A DNA stretch of 64,000 bases from an uncultured virus (IMG/VR IMGVR_UViG_3300008113_000139) (lineage: Duplodnaviria; Heunggongvirae; Uroviricota; Caudoviricetes): IMG/VR virus record IMGVR_UViG_3300008113_000139; one strand, given 5' to 3'. Numbering within the stretch: position 1 is the stretch's first letter; each line of letters opens with the position of its first letter. The notes under the pieces are model-generated. The model ran no database searches. It had not been told where the DNA came from and saw only the letters and a program-made list of their open reading frames with translations. This document shows positions 1-8,718 of the stretch, in pieces. Position numbers and translations under genes: made by a program.

Positions 1-111
1 TTCAATGAAGGCGTCTTTTTTGATCTTTTCCTTTGTGAAAACGCCCCAGCCGTACACTTCTTCCACCCAGTCAACATAAATACCAGGAATTATGAAGGGA
101 CTATTTTCCAC
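1..111 (-). CDS. Partial gene (runs off window start), SET-domain-like N-terminus
   Basis: My translation from GTG at 111: MENSPFIIPGIYVDWVEEVYGWGVFTKEKIKKDAFIE; GWGVF..E.IKK..FIE resembles the SET N-terminal motif GxGVFAxxxIxKGxxIxE. Confidence 0.55.
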   Translation of the reverse strand, partial: MENSPFIIPGIYVDWVEEVYGWGVFTKEKIKKDAFIE

Positions 112-346
112 TGGCTTTCATGTTCTCTGGCAAGTCGGGAATTTTCTTCCACATAAACTCTGGTACTTTTCCGCACTTTTTGCAGACGATAACTTCGATG
201 GGAATGTGTTCTTCTTTGCCAGTCGGACTGATTAAAGCAGAAACTCTTTTGAACATATAGTAAGTCTCAAACATTTGAGGCTCTCCACAACATTCGGTCC
301 AAGGTGCGTCCGAAATGTCGACTTTCATTCTTTGCTGATTTTCCAT
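101..346 (-). CDS. Small putative Zn-binding hypothetical protein
   Basis: 81 aa ORF with ECC and CKKC motifs; has its own upstream promoter-like motif at 353-378 on the - strand. Confidence 0.7.
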   Translation of the reverse strand: MENQQRMKVDISDAPWTECCGEPQMFETYYMFKRVSALISPTGKEEHIPIEVIVCKKCGKVPEFMWKKIPDLPENMKASGK

Positions 347-352
347 GTAGTT

Positions 353-378
353 TATATTATGTAATTGTTAAAAAGTTC
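353..378 (-). promoter_or_regulatory. Putative middle-type phage promoter (GAAC-N15-TAATATA)
   Basis: Same bipartite spacing as copies at 382, 26927, 51297 and 51855. Confidence 0.5.
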
Positions 379-381
379 TTG

Positions 382-407
382 AAACCAAAGTGCTAACAGC
401 GAATATA
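382..407 (+). promoter_or_regulatory. Putative middle-type phage promoter (AAAC-N15-GAATATA)
   Basis: Bipartite motif repeated with identical spacing upstream of several replication genes. Confidence 0.55.
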
Positions 408-425
408 ACAACCAAAATTAACTAT

Positions 426-1115
426 ATGTTCTCAAAAGAATCACTGTCGAAATTCCTTTTCTTTGACATCGAAACATGCGGTCTTTATCCTACTTATGAA
501 GAATTTGTAAAGAACGATCCTGACGGAGCTGAAATCTACAAAAAGAAATGCAACCGTCTTAACTACGGCGATCCTGCCGAAGGTTACCTCAACAAAGTAT
601 CACTCTTTCCTGAGTACGGCAAGATTGCCTGCCTTTCATACGGCGTTTGGAGAGATGGAGAAATTAAAGTAAACACAATTTCCGGAGACGAAAAAGAAAT
701 GATGAAGCAAATTCATGCTCTCTTCGTCAAAGCAGGTGCCAACGGAATGGCGCCTACCGGTTGGAACATCAAGAACTTTGATGTTGCTTGGGTCTATCGC
801 AAACTCTTGATGCAAGGATTCCAAGTACCCGACTGTTTGAACACCTGGGGTAAGAAACCTTGGGAGATCAATATATTCGATATGAAAGAATGGTGGAAGT
901 CATACTCAAATCTGGATGTTACTTTTGAAGAAGCTGCTTATGCTTTAGGTCTCCCTTCGCCAAAAGACGATATAGACGGAGGAATGGTTCACCAAACATA
1001 TTGGAACGGTGAATTGGACCGTGTGATTACATACTGTGAAAAAGACGTTAAGACAATGATCTTGATGTGCGAAAAAATCTATAAACTCTACCAGCCCACA
1101 ACACTCTATGCCTGA
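426..1115 (+). CDS. DnaQ/PolB-type 3'-5' exonuclease (stand-alone)
   Basis: ExoI FFDIET, ExoII WNIKNFD, ExoIII YCEKDV; ATG at 426 preferred over GTG at 390 because it follows the promoter motif. Confidence 0.85.
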   Translation: MFSKESLSKFLFFDIETCGLYPTYEEFVKNDPDGAEIYKKKCNRLNYGDPAEGYLNKVSLFPEYGKIACLSYGVWRDGEIKVNTISGDEKEMMKQIHALFVKAGANGMAPTGWNIKNFDVAWVYRKLLMQGFQVPDCLNTWGKKPWEINIFDMKEWWKSYSNLDVTFEEAAYALGLPSPKDDIDGGMVHQTYWNGELDRVITYCEKDVKTMILMCEKIYKLYQPTTLYA

Positions 1116-1944
1116 GTTAGCCGAAGTTAAGATCATGTGCGACTTCATCAACTATGTCGCATCGCAGGAGAAGTTTTTCAATAAGATTGAAAAGTCACCA
1201 GTCTCAAAAGTTAAAACCGAGCTGGATGAATTTGATGACGTGGTCTTTAAGATAGGAGCTGTATCTAGAGGTAAAGAAATGATGCTGGAAATATCACCAG
1301 TAGGAGAAGGACTTCCTAGCAAAAATCTTTCGGTGACTTTAGGTATGAGTGGAAACTTTGCATACATCAATAAAGAGTCCGAACATTTCGACAAAGTCAT
1401 GAAGCACGCACACTTACGCTTCAAGACAGTTCGTGGAAACTATTTGGTACTGCACGATGTACGAAGATTCGCTAAATGGAAATGGACAGATGGGTGGACC
1501 AAAGGAAGAGGATATTGTCCTCTTACGGAATTTAACCAATTTTCAGAACACCTGCGCTTCAGCTGGTGGAAACATAAAGTGTTTAACACTCCTTTGAACG
1601 AAATCCTAATGAATCAGTCATTGTTCAACGGAGTCGGTAATTACCTAAGAGCTGAAATTCTTTACCGCATGAACATCAATCCTTTTCAGCCCGCAAACCA
1701 ACTTTCGCAGCTTGAGGTTGATTCTCTCTTAATGTTTACACACAAATGTTGTCGAGATGCTTACACCCTTGGTGGTGGTGAACTTAAAGACTGGGTGAAT
1801 CCCAACGGCACCGACGGCAAGTCTTTCAAAGAATGGATGTTGTGCTATGGAAAAGGTTCTTCTGTCGTCGACAAGACAGGGAGAAGATTTTGGTACGACC
1901 CTCAATGGGAGAAGTATATTCCCGAAACTTACAAAAAATCTTGA
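1108..1944 (+). CDS. Fpg/Nei-family DNA glycosylase, NEIL1-like (endonuclease VIII-like)
   Basis: Catalytic N-terminus MPELAEV, RGKE, LGMSG, HAHLRF, DVRRF, H2TH motif FNGVGNYLRAEILYR, and a zincless-finger-like end CYG...DKTGRRFW. Confidence 0.9.
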   Translation: MPELAEVKIMCDFINYVASQEKFFNKIEKSPVSKVKTELDEFDDVVFKIGAVSRGKEMMLEISPVGEGLPSKNLSVTLGMSGNFAYINKESEHFDKVMKHAHLRFKTVRGNYLVLHDVRRFAKWKWTDGWTKGRGYCPLTEFNQFSEHLRFSWWKHKVFNTPLNEILMNQSLFNGVGNYLRAEILYRMNINPFQPANQLSQLEVDSLLMFTHKCCRDAYTLGGGELKDWVNPNGTDGKSFKEWMLCYGKGSSVVDKTGRRFWYDPQWEKYIPETYKKS

Positions 1945-2007
1945 CGAGACACTTAACACAGTCACATTGTCTTGAGAACTTGCCACTGACATACTTTTTC
2001 TTGCCGA

Positions 2008-2015
2008 GATATATA
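2008..2015 (+). promoter_or_regulatory. Putative late promoter GATATATA
   Basis: Motif recurs 20-35 bp upstream of starts at 16240, 32013, 49092, 53287, 58794 and 62918. Confidence 0.6.
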
Positions 2016-2043
2016 GAAAAAAGGCAGAAAAAATCAAAAAACA

Positions 2044-2901
2044 ATGGCAACAGTAACTATCACTGAAATTCTAGGAAGCGACAATATCGCCGGTTCTAGA
2101 ATCACAATCAACACAAACTTTTCAAACTTAGCAACAGCCATCAATAACTTGGAGGCGAGACTTGATACGTCATTCTCACCAGGTGGATCGCTGAACGTAG
2201 GAAACGCTCTCATTAAGAGGTATACCAACCCGGTAACTGCGCAAATCTTTACTTGTGAAGCTACGGGTTTGTTCCAAGGTAACCTAAACGTCTCTAAGAC
2301 TCTATCGGTAACCGAAGCACTGAACGTTGGGACAGACTTGACTGTCAGCGGAAACGTAACATTCGATGATGCCGCTACGGGCGGTGGCGCGATGATCAGC
2401 GAGCTTCCATTCGACCTGGACGCTGCTTTCTCTTCTCCACAGCTCGACGGACAAAGCGGTTCAAACGCTGAATTGTTGAATCCTCAGACACTTTCACAGT
2501 CTCCTTCGGCAACCGTTCGTGAAATCGCAGCAGGCGCAGACTTTCCTAAGATTGGCGTAATTCGTTTGAACTATTCAACATACGCTCCTGGTACTACAGC
2601 AACAAGCTGTACAACAATCCAGCTCCCTGCGGTATCTTCAGCAAACGTAACTCCTGGACAAGTAGTTACTGTTTTGATTGATCAACCAGCAGCAACAGGA
2701 ACAACCGGTGCTCAGTTTGGTATCAGCAGCACAAATCTTGCAACAGGCTACAACGACGACATTCTTTTAAGCGGAATCACGGGCGCTTTCATCGACAGCG
2801 ATAGCTACGAATTAAGAAAAGTCGCTGTCACTCTCTACGCAGATACACAAGTAGGAAACGGCTGGAGAGTACTTTCGTCTACTCCGTACGTTGAGTACTA
2901 A
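2044..2901 (+). CDS. Putative virion structural protein (baseplate/fibre-like)
   Basis: N-terminal D-x8-IN-x-NF motif typical of T4 gp9/gp10-like baseplate proteins; Thr/Gly/Ser rich; first gene of the structural block. Confidence 0.6.
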   Translation: MATVTITEILGSDNIAGSRITINTNFSNLATAINNLEARLDTSFSPGGSLNVGNALIKRYTNPVTAQIFTCEATGLFQGNLNVSKTLSVTEALNVGTDLTVSGNVTFDDAATGGGAMISELPFDLDAAFSSPQLDGQSGSNAELLNPQTLSQSPSATVREIAAGADFPKIGVIRLNYSTYAPGTTATSCTTIQLPAVSSANVTPGQVVTVLIDQPAATGTTGAQFGISSTNLATGYNDDILLSGITGAFIDSDSYELRKVAVTLYADTQVGNGWRVLSSTPYVEY

Positions 2902-2917
2902 TAAAAACAATATCTAA

Positions 2918-5071
2918 ATGATAGCACCACTAATTAGGCCTATTAGACTTCAAGGAGGTACGTTCTACACATTTTCTTCTGCCTCGGAAGATCTTGGTCT
3001 TTCTTTTAATAGCTCAGACAAGAAATTCCGTTTCTCGAAGTTTGCTCTTTTGAACATACCAAACATTGAGAACCCAAGTACCAACTTTGAAAACTTCATA
3101 GGTCTCTCGAACAGCCCAGGCGCTTACGAAGAAATCGACGGTAGCAAAACGCAGAATGATTACTTTGCTGAATCGTTCCAAAACTACTGTCTGAACCTCG
3201 AGGCGATGATATCTTCATCGCAAGATTATGACTCCAATCTTTTTAGAACCACGTCAGAACGCGTGTTCTTTAAATGGCTGAAAGAAATGGGTGCTATTCG
3301 CTTTAGAGAAGCAGTAGTCGGTTCAGAACAATCTAATGCAACATACGGTGTACACTTCGTAGAAGAAGACAACAGCGTTTCTTACGAAAAAGTCGTCAAG
3401 TATGTAGCAGACATCGGAATCTTAAACACGGTCAAAAACAACGCAAATGCTTTCACCGAGGTTTACGTATACATTCCGACTGCTCAAGGTAACACACCAA
3501 CCGTACTTTTCAAATCAATCACTGACGCAAACTATGCACCAAACATGGTGTTCACCAATGATCCTGCTGATCCTCTTGATGCAGAATACATTTATGGCAG
3601 ATCAGCAGCAACGGTACAACCCGCAGGCTTAAGTACTCGTGCTTTCTTTGACAGCGACACATTTACGTTTACCACACCGGATCCTTTCGGCGCAACTGCC
3701 GACTTTTACTATTACGATACGGTAACAGCAACGTACATCCAACAAGGAGACCCTGGATTCCAGTGGTGGTACGCTAACCCAATACCTAACACTTTCTTCT
3801 TAGAGCCTACTTCTTTCATCGATCCTACGAATGATATCTTTAAGATCGAAAGCGTGAACAAGTCAACCGAATTCAAAAGAAGTAGACTTGATGGTATCAC
3901 AATGGAATTTGATACCAATGCTTACGCTGGAATGGCCAATGTAGGTATCACAAACTTTGGTGGGTTTAATGAAACACCAGCCGCGCAATCATTTGACTTC
4001 AACGCGGTACTTATCTATTACGATCTCTACGATCCTGCAACTCTCGCAAACTCGACATCAAACTTGTTCGGTGTTCTTTTCCTTGACAATGTTGATCCTC
4101 TTCCTTCAGGTGGTGGTTACATTCCAAGGTTGACCAAGTACAAGCCAAACAGCATCACAGGCGCTAACGGGAATTCTTATTCGTTTAGAATCAATCTTAA
4201 ATTCGATGTAAACACTGACGACACAGCAGTTGAGACATCAATAAACGATTACAATCCATATTCGTTGGAACTATACATGGATGTTCTAAACGAGATGACG
4301 GCGTCGGTCGCATTGATGAACAAAAACAATCAGCTGATCAACAGTCTTCAAACACAGGTGAATTCGTTGACCAATTTAATCTTGGACTCTAAGAATGCTG
4401 ATGTTCTGACTCAAAAGATCGCTTCTTTGGAAACATTAGTCAATGACAACAAAGCAATCTTTGCAAACAACGCAAGTCTGCTTGCTTTGATTCAGAAGAA
4501 CTACCAAGACATAATCAACATATACAACAACACAACCTCGATCGAGGTTGCTTACAATCTTGATGTGATCACAAGCGGCGATGGAATCTTTTTGGACAAG
4601 TCCCAAGCAGGTCAAGTCAAAATAATCAACACCGATCAAGAGTTTAACTTGGGAGCCAAACCTTTAGTTTCCATCACCAATGACTTTACGGTGCTTCCTA
4701 GTACATACCAGTATACGGATAAATTGATACCCTTTTCCAACTACTTAAAGATCACTGATGGGTCCGCTAGCGTCCCATACGTCACGGACCGAGACATAGT
4801 GATACGCATTAACGATACTGATACTGCTTGGAAAAAAGGACAGTCGTATAGGTTATCATTTAAGTACGGCGTGGACATGTCAAACAACAATGGCAACTTT
4901 AACTTAATCGTTTATACTGACGCAACCGACAAACTCAACACAGGTTTTGCATACGGAGCAGAAGCTGCCTTTATCACATACCTCGAGTTTGCTGAGAAGG
5001 GTGACAAACCAACGATCGAAATCATATGTCTCGACCCTGATACATTTACATTTACATACGACATATTCTAA
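2918..5071 (+). CDS. Putative virion structural protein with central coiled coil
   Basis: 717 aa ORF in the structural block; Asn/Thr/Phe rich with a heptad segment near residues 455-545. Confidence 0.6.
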   Translation: MIAPLIRPIRLQGGTFYTFSSASEDLGLSFNSSDKKFRFSKFALLNIPNIENPSTNFENFIGLSNSPGAYEEIDGSKTQNDYFAESFQNYCLNLEAMISSSQDYDSNLFRTTSERVFFKWLKEMGAIRFREAVVGSEQSNATYGVHFVEEDNSVSYEKVVKYVADIGILNTVKNNANAFTEVYVYIPTAQGNTPTVLFKSITDANYAPNMVFTNDPADPLDAEYIYGRSAATVQPAGLSTRAFFDSDTFTFTTPDPFGATADFYYYDTVTATYIQQGDPGFQWWYANPIPNTFFLEPTSFIDPTNDIFKIESVNKSTEFKRSRLDGITMEFDTNAYAGMANVGITNFGGFNETPAAQSFDFNAVLIYYDLYDPATLANSTSNLFGVLFLDNVDPLPSGGGYIPRLTKYKPNSITGANGNSYSFRINLKFDVNTDDTAVETSINDYNPYSLELYMDVLNEMTASVALMNKNNQLINSLQTQVNSLTNLILDSKNADVLTQKIASLETLVNDNKAIFANNASLLALIQKNYQDIINIYNNTTSIEVAYNLDVITSGDGIFLDKSQAGQVKIINTDQEFNLGAKPLVSITNDFTVLPSTYQYTDKLIPFSNYLKITDGSASVPYVTDRDIVIRINDTDTAWKKGQSYRLSFKYGVDMSNNNGNFNLIVYTDATDKLNTGFAYGAEAAFITYLEFAEKGDKPTIEIICLDPDTFTFTYDIF

Positions 5072-5088
5072 AAGAATAAAAGAAACCA

Positions 5089-8000
5089 ATGGCTGAAACA
5101 AATAATAGTTTATCTACGGTACTTGCAGACTTCGTCAGACTCCAGAACAATTCTTTGGAGACTCTGCAGCAGCTGCAGCAAGCAACCGTCTCTGTCGCTG
5201 AGACAGTCCAAATCGTAGTGAAAGAGGATGACGGAACTACTTCTTCATACTCAATCCCATCATTTGGGTACTTAAAATCAAGCATTGATCGTATTGACAA
5301 TACGATTGCCAAAATGCTTGGGTTCGATGGAAGTGATGCCTACATTCGTCAGCCGGACGGCACGTTTAAGAAAATCTATCAGTCTAAGACACCTGTCAAT
5401 CCTAAGCCAATCGGTGAAGTAACAGTTCCTTCGACTTTCATATCAGAGAACAACTGGTTCTTTGAGAACCTAATGAGCCCTGCTCTTAAAGTTAGCTTTG
5501 ATGTGACAAGATATGTTCCTCAACAAGAATCCAAGATTTATGTTAAGAGAATGATCTTAAACATATCGAATCAATCACAGCTAGAATTCTTTCAGAACAA
5601 TGTACAAGGTAAGAACAATCTTGACTACGTTAAATTCCTGGTTGACTTGCAGAAGCAAGGTATCACATACTTCTTGGATGAAGGAGCGATCGACATGCCT
5701 CTATCAGTGGTAAGATACACTGGCAACTTCTTGCCAGTCAATTACGAAGATAGGACTTACACCAATGCAGATGGCACCACATCGACAAAAAGATTCTACC
5801 TTTTCGACAAACTTACTTACACCGACAATCTTTCTCTTGCCGTTGATGGAATGACTCTTAAAGTTGGTGACCAACTTATCAAAGGAGAAACTATCTACGA
5901 AATCGTAGAGATTGACAACTCTACAAGATACATACGCGTGAGCAGAGTCAGCGGTCTTGAACCTATCTTGATAGGAGAGCCTGTTCAGTTTTATTCAGAG
6001 ACATTCTCTCCAAAGTTGGCAAACGTTGGTATAGGTTTCAATGAATACACTGCAGTGTTCTTTAGAACTATCAATGACGAAGCAAACTTGCTTTCAACTA
6101 CTTGGTCTCCTGGAGTTGGTTTCTTTACCAATGACTTGACCATAACTCTTTCAACCGGAACCACCACTCTTAAGAGTTACTATCAGTCATCGGTTCTTGA
6201 CTTTGGAAACTATTTGCTGTCCAACGCAAGAAACGGAGGAATATCAACATTTGACGGTTTAGTGCCTAACGCACCTGTGTTGGACATCAATAACTTTCAA
6301 GTAGTGCAGATTAACGATCACAAACTTGACCAAGCAGAGATCGAATCAATCCGAAAGAAACAATCTGACAAAGTACAAATTCAGTCGGAAATAACAGAAC
6401 TCGAAAAATCGATAGACCGCAAGAAGGAAGAAATCAATTCTAAGAAGTTCAACTCAGAAACCGACCGCAGAGCCGCTAAGAATCAGCTAGACACGCTGAT
6501 CAGGGAAAAAACTTCAAAGTCTGCTCTGTACGCTTCTATCGTCGCTGATCTAAATTCAACAGCTCTTGCTGCGCCCGCGGCGCTTGACACACCTAAGTAC
6601 AGACTTCGCGGATTCTTCCAGATTCCTAACCCAGTGACAAGCACGACGACTGGTCCTCAGAACGTAGTACAGTTTAAGACTTACTATCGTTACGTAAGAC
6701 CCGACGGAAGCGCGACCGACATCAAGCAATTTGACTACACCGATCCCAACGGTTCAAAGCAGAGAGCCACTTTTTCAAATCTAAATGAATACGTATCTCC
6801 GTTACGTAGTAAAATATACGATAGCAACACCGGTAAGTACATTTGGGCAACGGAAGACATAACTAACCCAGACGTAATTAACATCAACCAAATCGATATT
6901 CCTATTACAAAAGGTGAAAAGGTTGAGTTTTACGTGGTTTCGGTATCAGAAGCAGGATGGCCGAACAATCCTATCCTATCAAACCCATCAAATACAATAT
7001 CGTTTGAATTTCCGAACGATCTTATTACCGAAGACGAGGCAACGATCGCACTACAGCAAGCATCACAAGAAAAAATCAGCGTTGATCTGCAAGCACAGCT
7101 CGCAGCCGAAGGTCTTGACGAGCACTTGTCTTCTTCGTTTACGGCCAACGAAAGATACTATGCACACGATGCAGATGTTATATCATCAAACTTTTACACA
7201 CCAGACGGAAATGTAATTTCTCTTTACCAAAAGTTGAACGAACTACAGCTAAGAATTGAAGACCTAGAAAATCGTCTTAACAATGTCGCTGCTCCAGTAT
7301 CAATCTTTTTGGTCGACAATCAAACGAACACAAAGATACCAGTACAGAACGGATCTTCTGTTACTCTCTTTGCTGGATATTACGCAGACCAGGTTGCTGC
7401 TTTGCCTTCAGCACAGCAAAGAGGCGCTGTCCTTACCAAGACGTATTACTTATACCTTGAGAACGATAGCGCATCTCCCATCAAAATGATATCTAGGTTC
7501 CCTGGAGGATTTGGTCAAAGAGTTCCTTATAGCGGAACGGGATCAACAGGAGGTTCTATCACAGTAAACGATCCGGACTACAATAATTACAGAAAGTATG
7601 ATTATGTTCCTATCGTAAACTTAGGAATAGGCGTTGATGATACGAACAACGACAATCCTATTACTACATCTTTTTACCAGAGCGGTCAAATCTTAGGACA
7701 GTGTGTTTATAGCAGATATACCGATGTTGGATTGACAAATCCTCTATACGGTCAGACAGGCCAAAGATCGTTTATACCTGACAGAGGGTTTACAGGAGTG
7801 TCGGTGGCTGGCGCAACTGCTTCTGGTGTATACGGAGCTACCGCTCCTTGGGTATGGGACATTACAACTGCCGTTACTCCTGGAGTCACAGCCACAGGAA
7901 ACGGCTATTTGTCAAACTTCTGTGTACACATACAACACCCAAGTCTAAACAATCTGACTTCAACGCAAACAATGAGCAGCTTGCAGCTACCAGCTGTATC

Positions 8001-8703
8001 ACTTGACACAGACACTGGTCTTCCACAAGCACCGGAGGTCGTATCATCATTCTTACACTCTGCCTACTTTAATGTACCAGCACCTGCTAAGCTTACTTCA
8101 AACAATCCTCTTCAGCTATGTTACAAAGAGGACACTTTAAATGTAACAGGTTCTGCTCCTTTCCCAGCAACATACACACCCACATCAATCAATGAGCTCC
8201 CGAACAAATTTGGTTTCGTTGAAGACGATCGTTACCTAGTAGGCTCACAGACAGTAGGTTCTTATTTATATCTTGGTCCTGCCCAGTTCAACCAACTTTT
8301 AGTGAACGGCGTAGACGCAAGAGCATTCAAAGCTATCGAGCCAGGATCTGACAACGCTATCGTAATACCGATTGTGTTCCAATACAGAATGACAGATTAC
8401 TTCGGCCCTTGGATATCTTCTACGATTACAAGCGCAGCCGCGGGAGGCCTTGGTATTGTCGGGGGTTACGATCCTCAACGAGTAGGAACTTTAAGAAATC
8501 TAACTTACACTAAGAAAATAGGTATTGATGTCTACCAACAAGACGAGCCTATCTTTGCTTTTGACATACAAGTAAGCGCGACTTACAAGAAAGACAGCAT
8601 CGCTCAGCTAGACTCACTATCTGTTCCTGAGGTTGCACAGAAAGTTGAGAACATATCTTTCACTAAAACAAGTGTTCGAACTCTACAAAACTCTACCGCA
8701 TAA
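5089..8703 (+). CDS. Large putative virion structural protein (baseplate-like)
   Basis: 1204 aa with coiled-coil segments and beta-rich regions, in the structural block. Confidence 0.6.
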   Translation: MAETNNSLSTVLADFVRLQNNSLETLQQLQQATVSVAETVQIVVKEDDGTTSSYSIPSFGYLKSSIDRIDNTIAKMLGFDGSDAYIRQPDGTFKKIYQSKTPVNPKPIGEVTVPSTFISENNWFFENLMSPALKVSFDVTRYVPQQESKIYVKRMILNISNQSQLEFFQNNVQGKNNLDYVKFLVDLQKQGITYFLDEGAIDMPLSVVRYTGNFLPVNYEDRTYTNADGTTSTKRFYLFDKLTYTDNLSLAVDGMTLKVGDQLIKGETIYEIVEIDNSTRYIRVSRVSGLEPILIGEPVQFYSETFSPKLANVGIGFNEYTAVFFRTINDEANLLSTTWSPGVGFFTNDLTITLSTGTTTLKSYYQSSVLDFGNYLLSNARNGGISTFDGLVPNAPVLDINNFQVVQINDHKLDQAEIESIRKKQSDKVQIQSEITELEKSIDRKKEEINSKKFNSETDRRAAKNQLDTLIREKTSKSALYASIVADLNSTALAAPAALDTPKYRLRGFFQIPNPVTSTTTGPQNVVQFKTYYRYVRPDGSATDIKQFDYTDPNGSKQRATFSNLNEYVSPLRSKIYDSNTGKYIWATEDITNPDVININQIDIPITKGEKVEFYVVSVSEAGWPNNPILSNPSNTISFEFPNDLITEDEATIALQQASQEKISVDLQAQLAAEGLDEHLSSSFTANERYYAHDADVISSNFYTPDGNVISLYQKLNELQLRIEDLENRLNNVAAPVSIFLVDNQTNTKIPVQNGSSVTLFAGYYADQVAALPSAQQRGAVLTKTYYLYLENDSASPIKMISRFPGGFGQRVPYSGTGSTGGSITVNDPDYNNYRKYDYVPIVNLGIGVDDTNNDNPITTSFYQSGQILGQCVYSRYTDVGLTNPLYGQTGQRSFIPDRGFTGVSVAGATASGVYGATAPWVWDITTAVTPGVTATGNGYLSNFCVHIQHPSLNNLTSTQTMSSLQLPAVSLDTDTGLPQAPEVVSSFLHSAYFNVPAPAKLTSNNPLQLCYKEDTLNVTGSAPFPATYTPTSINELPNKFGFVEDDRYLVGSQTVGSYLYLGPAQFNQLLVNGVDARAFKAIEPGSDNAIVIPIVFQYRMTDYFGPWISSTITSAAAGGLGIVGGYDPQRVGTLRNLTYTKKIGIDVYQQDEPIFAFDIQVSATYKKDSIAQLDSLSVPEVAQKVENISFTKTSVRTLQNSTA

Positions 8704-8718
8704 AACGAATAGGACATA

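Noticed and set aside
1..1944. Eukaryotic giant-virus origin suggested by NEIL1-like and SET-like genes
   Set aside because: gp32, gp61, UvsW/UvsY, tail-tube-like genes, operonic overlaps and intrinsic terminators indicate a tailed phage.
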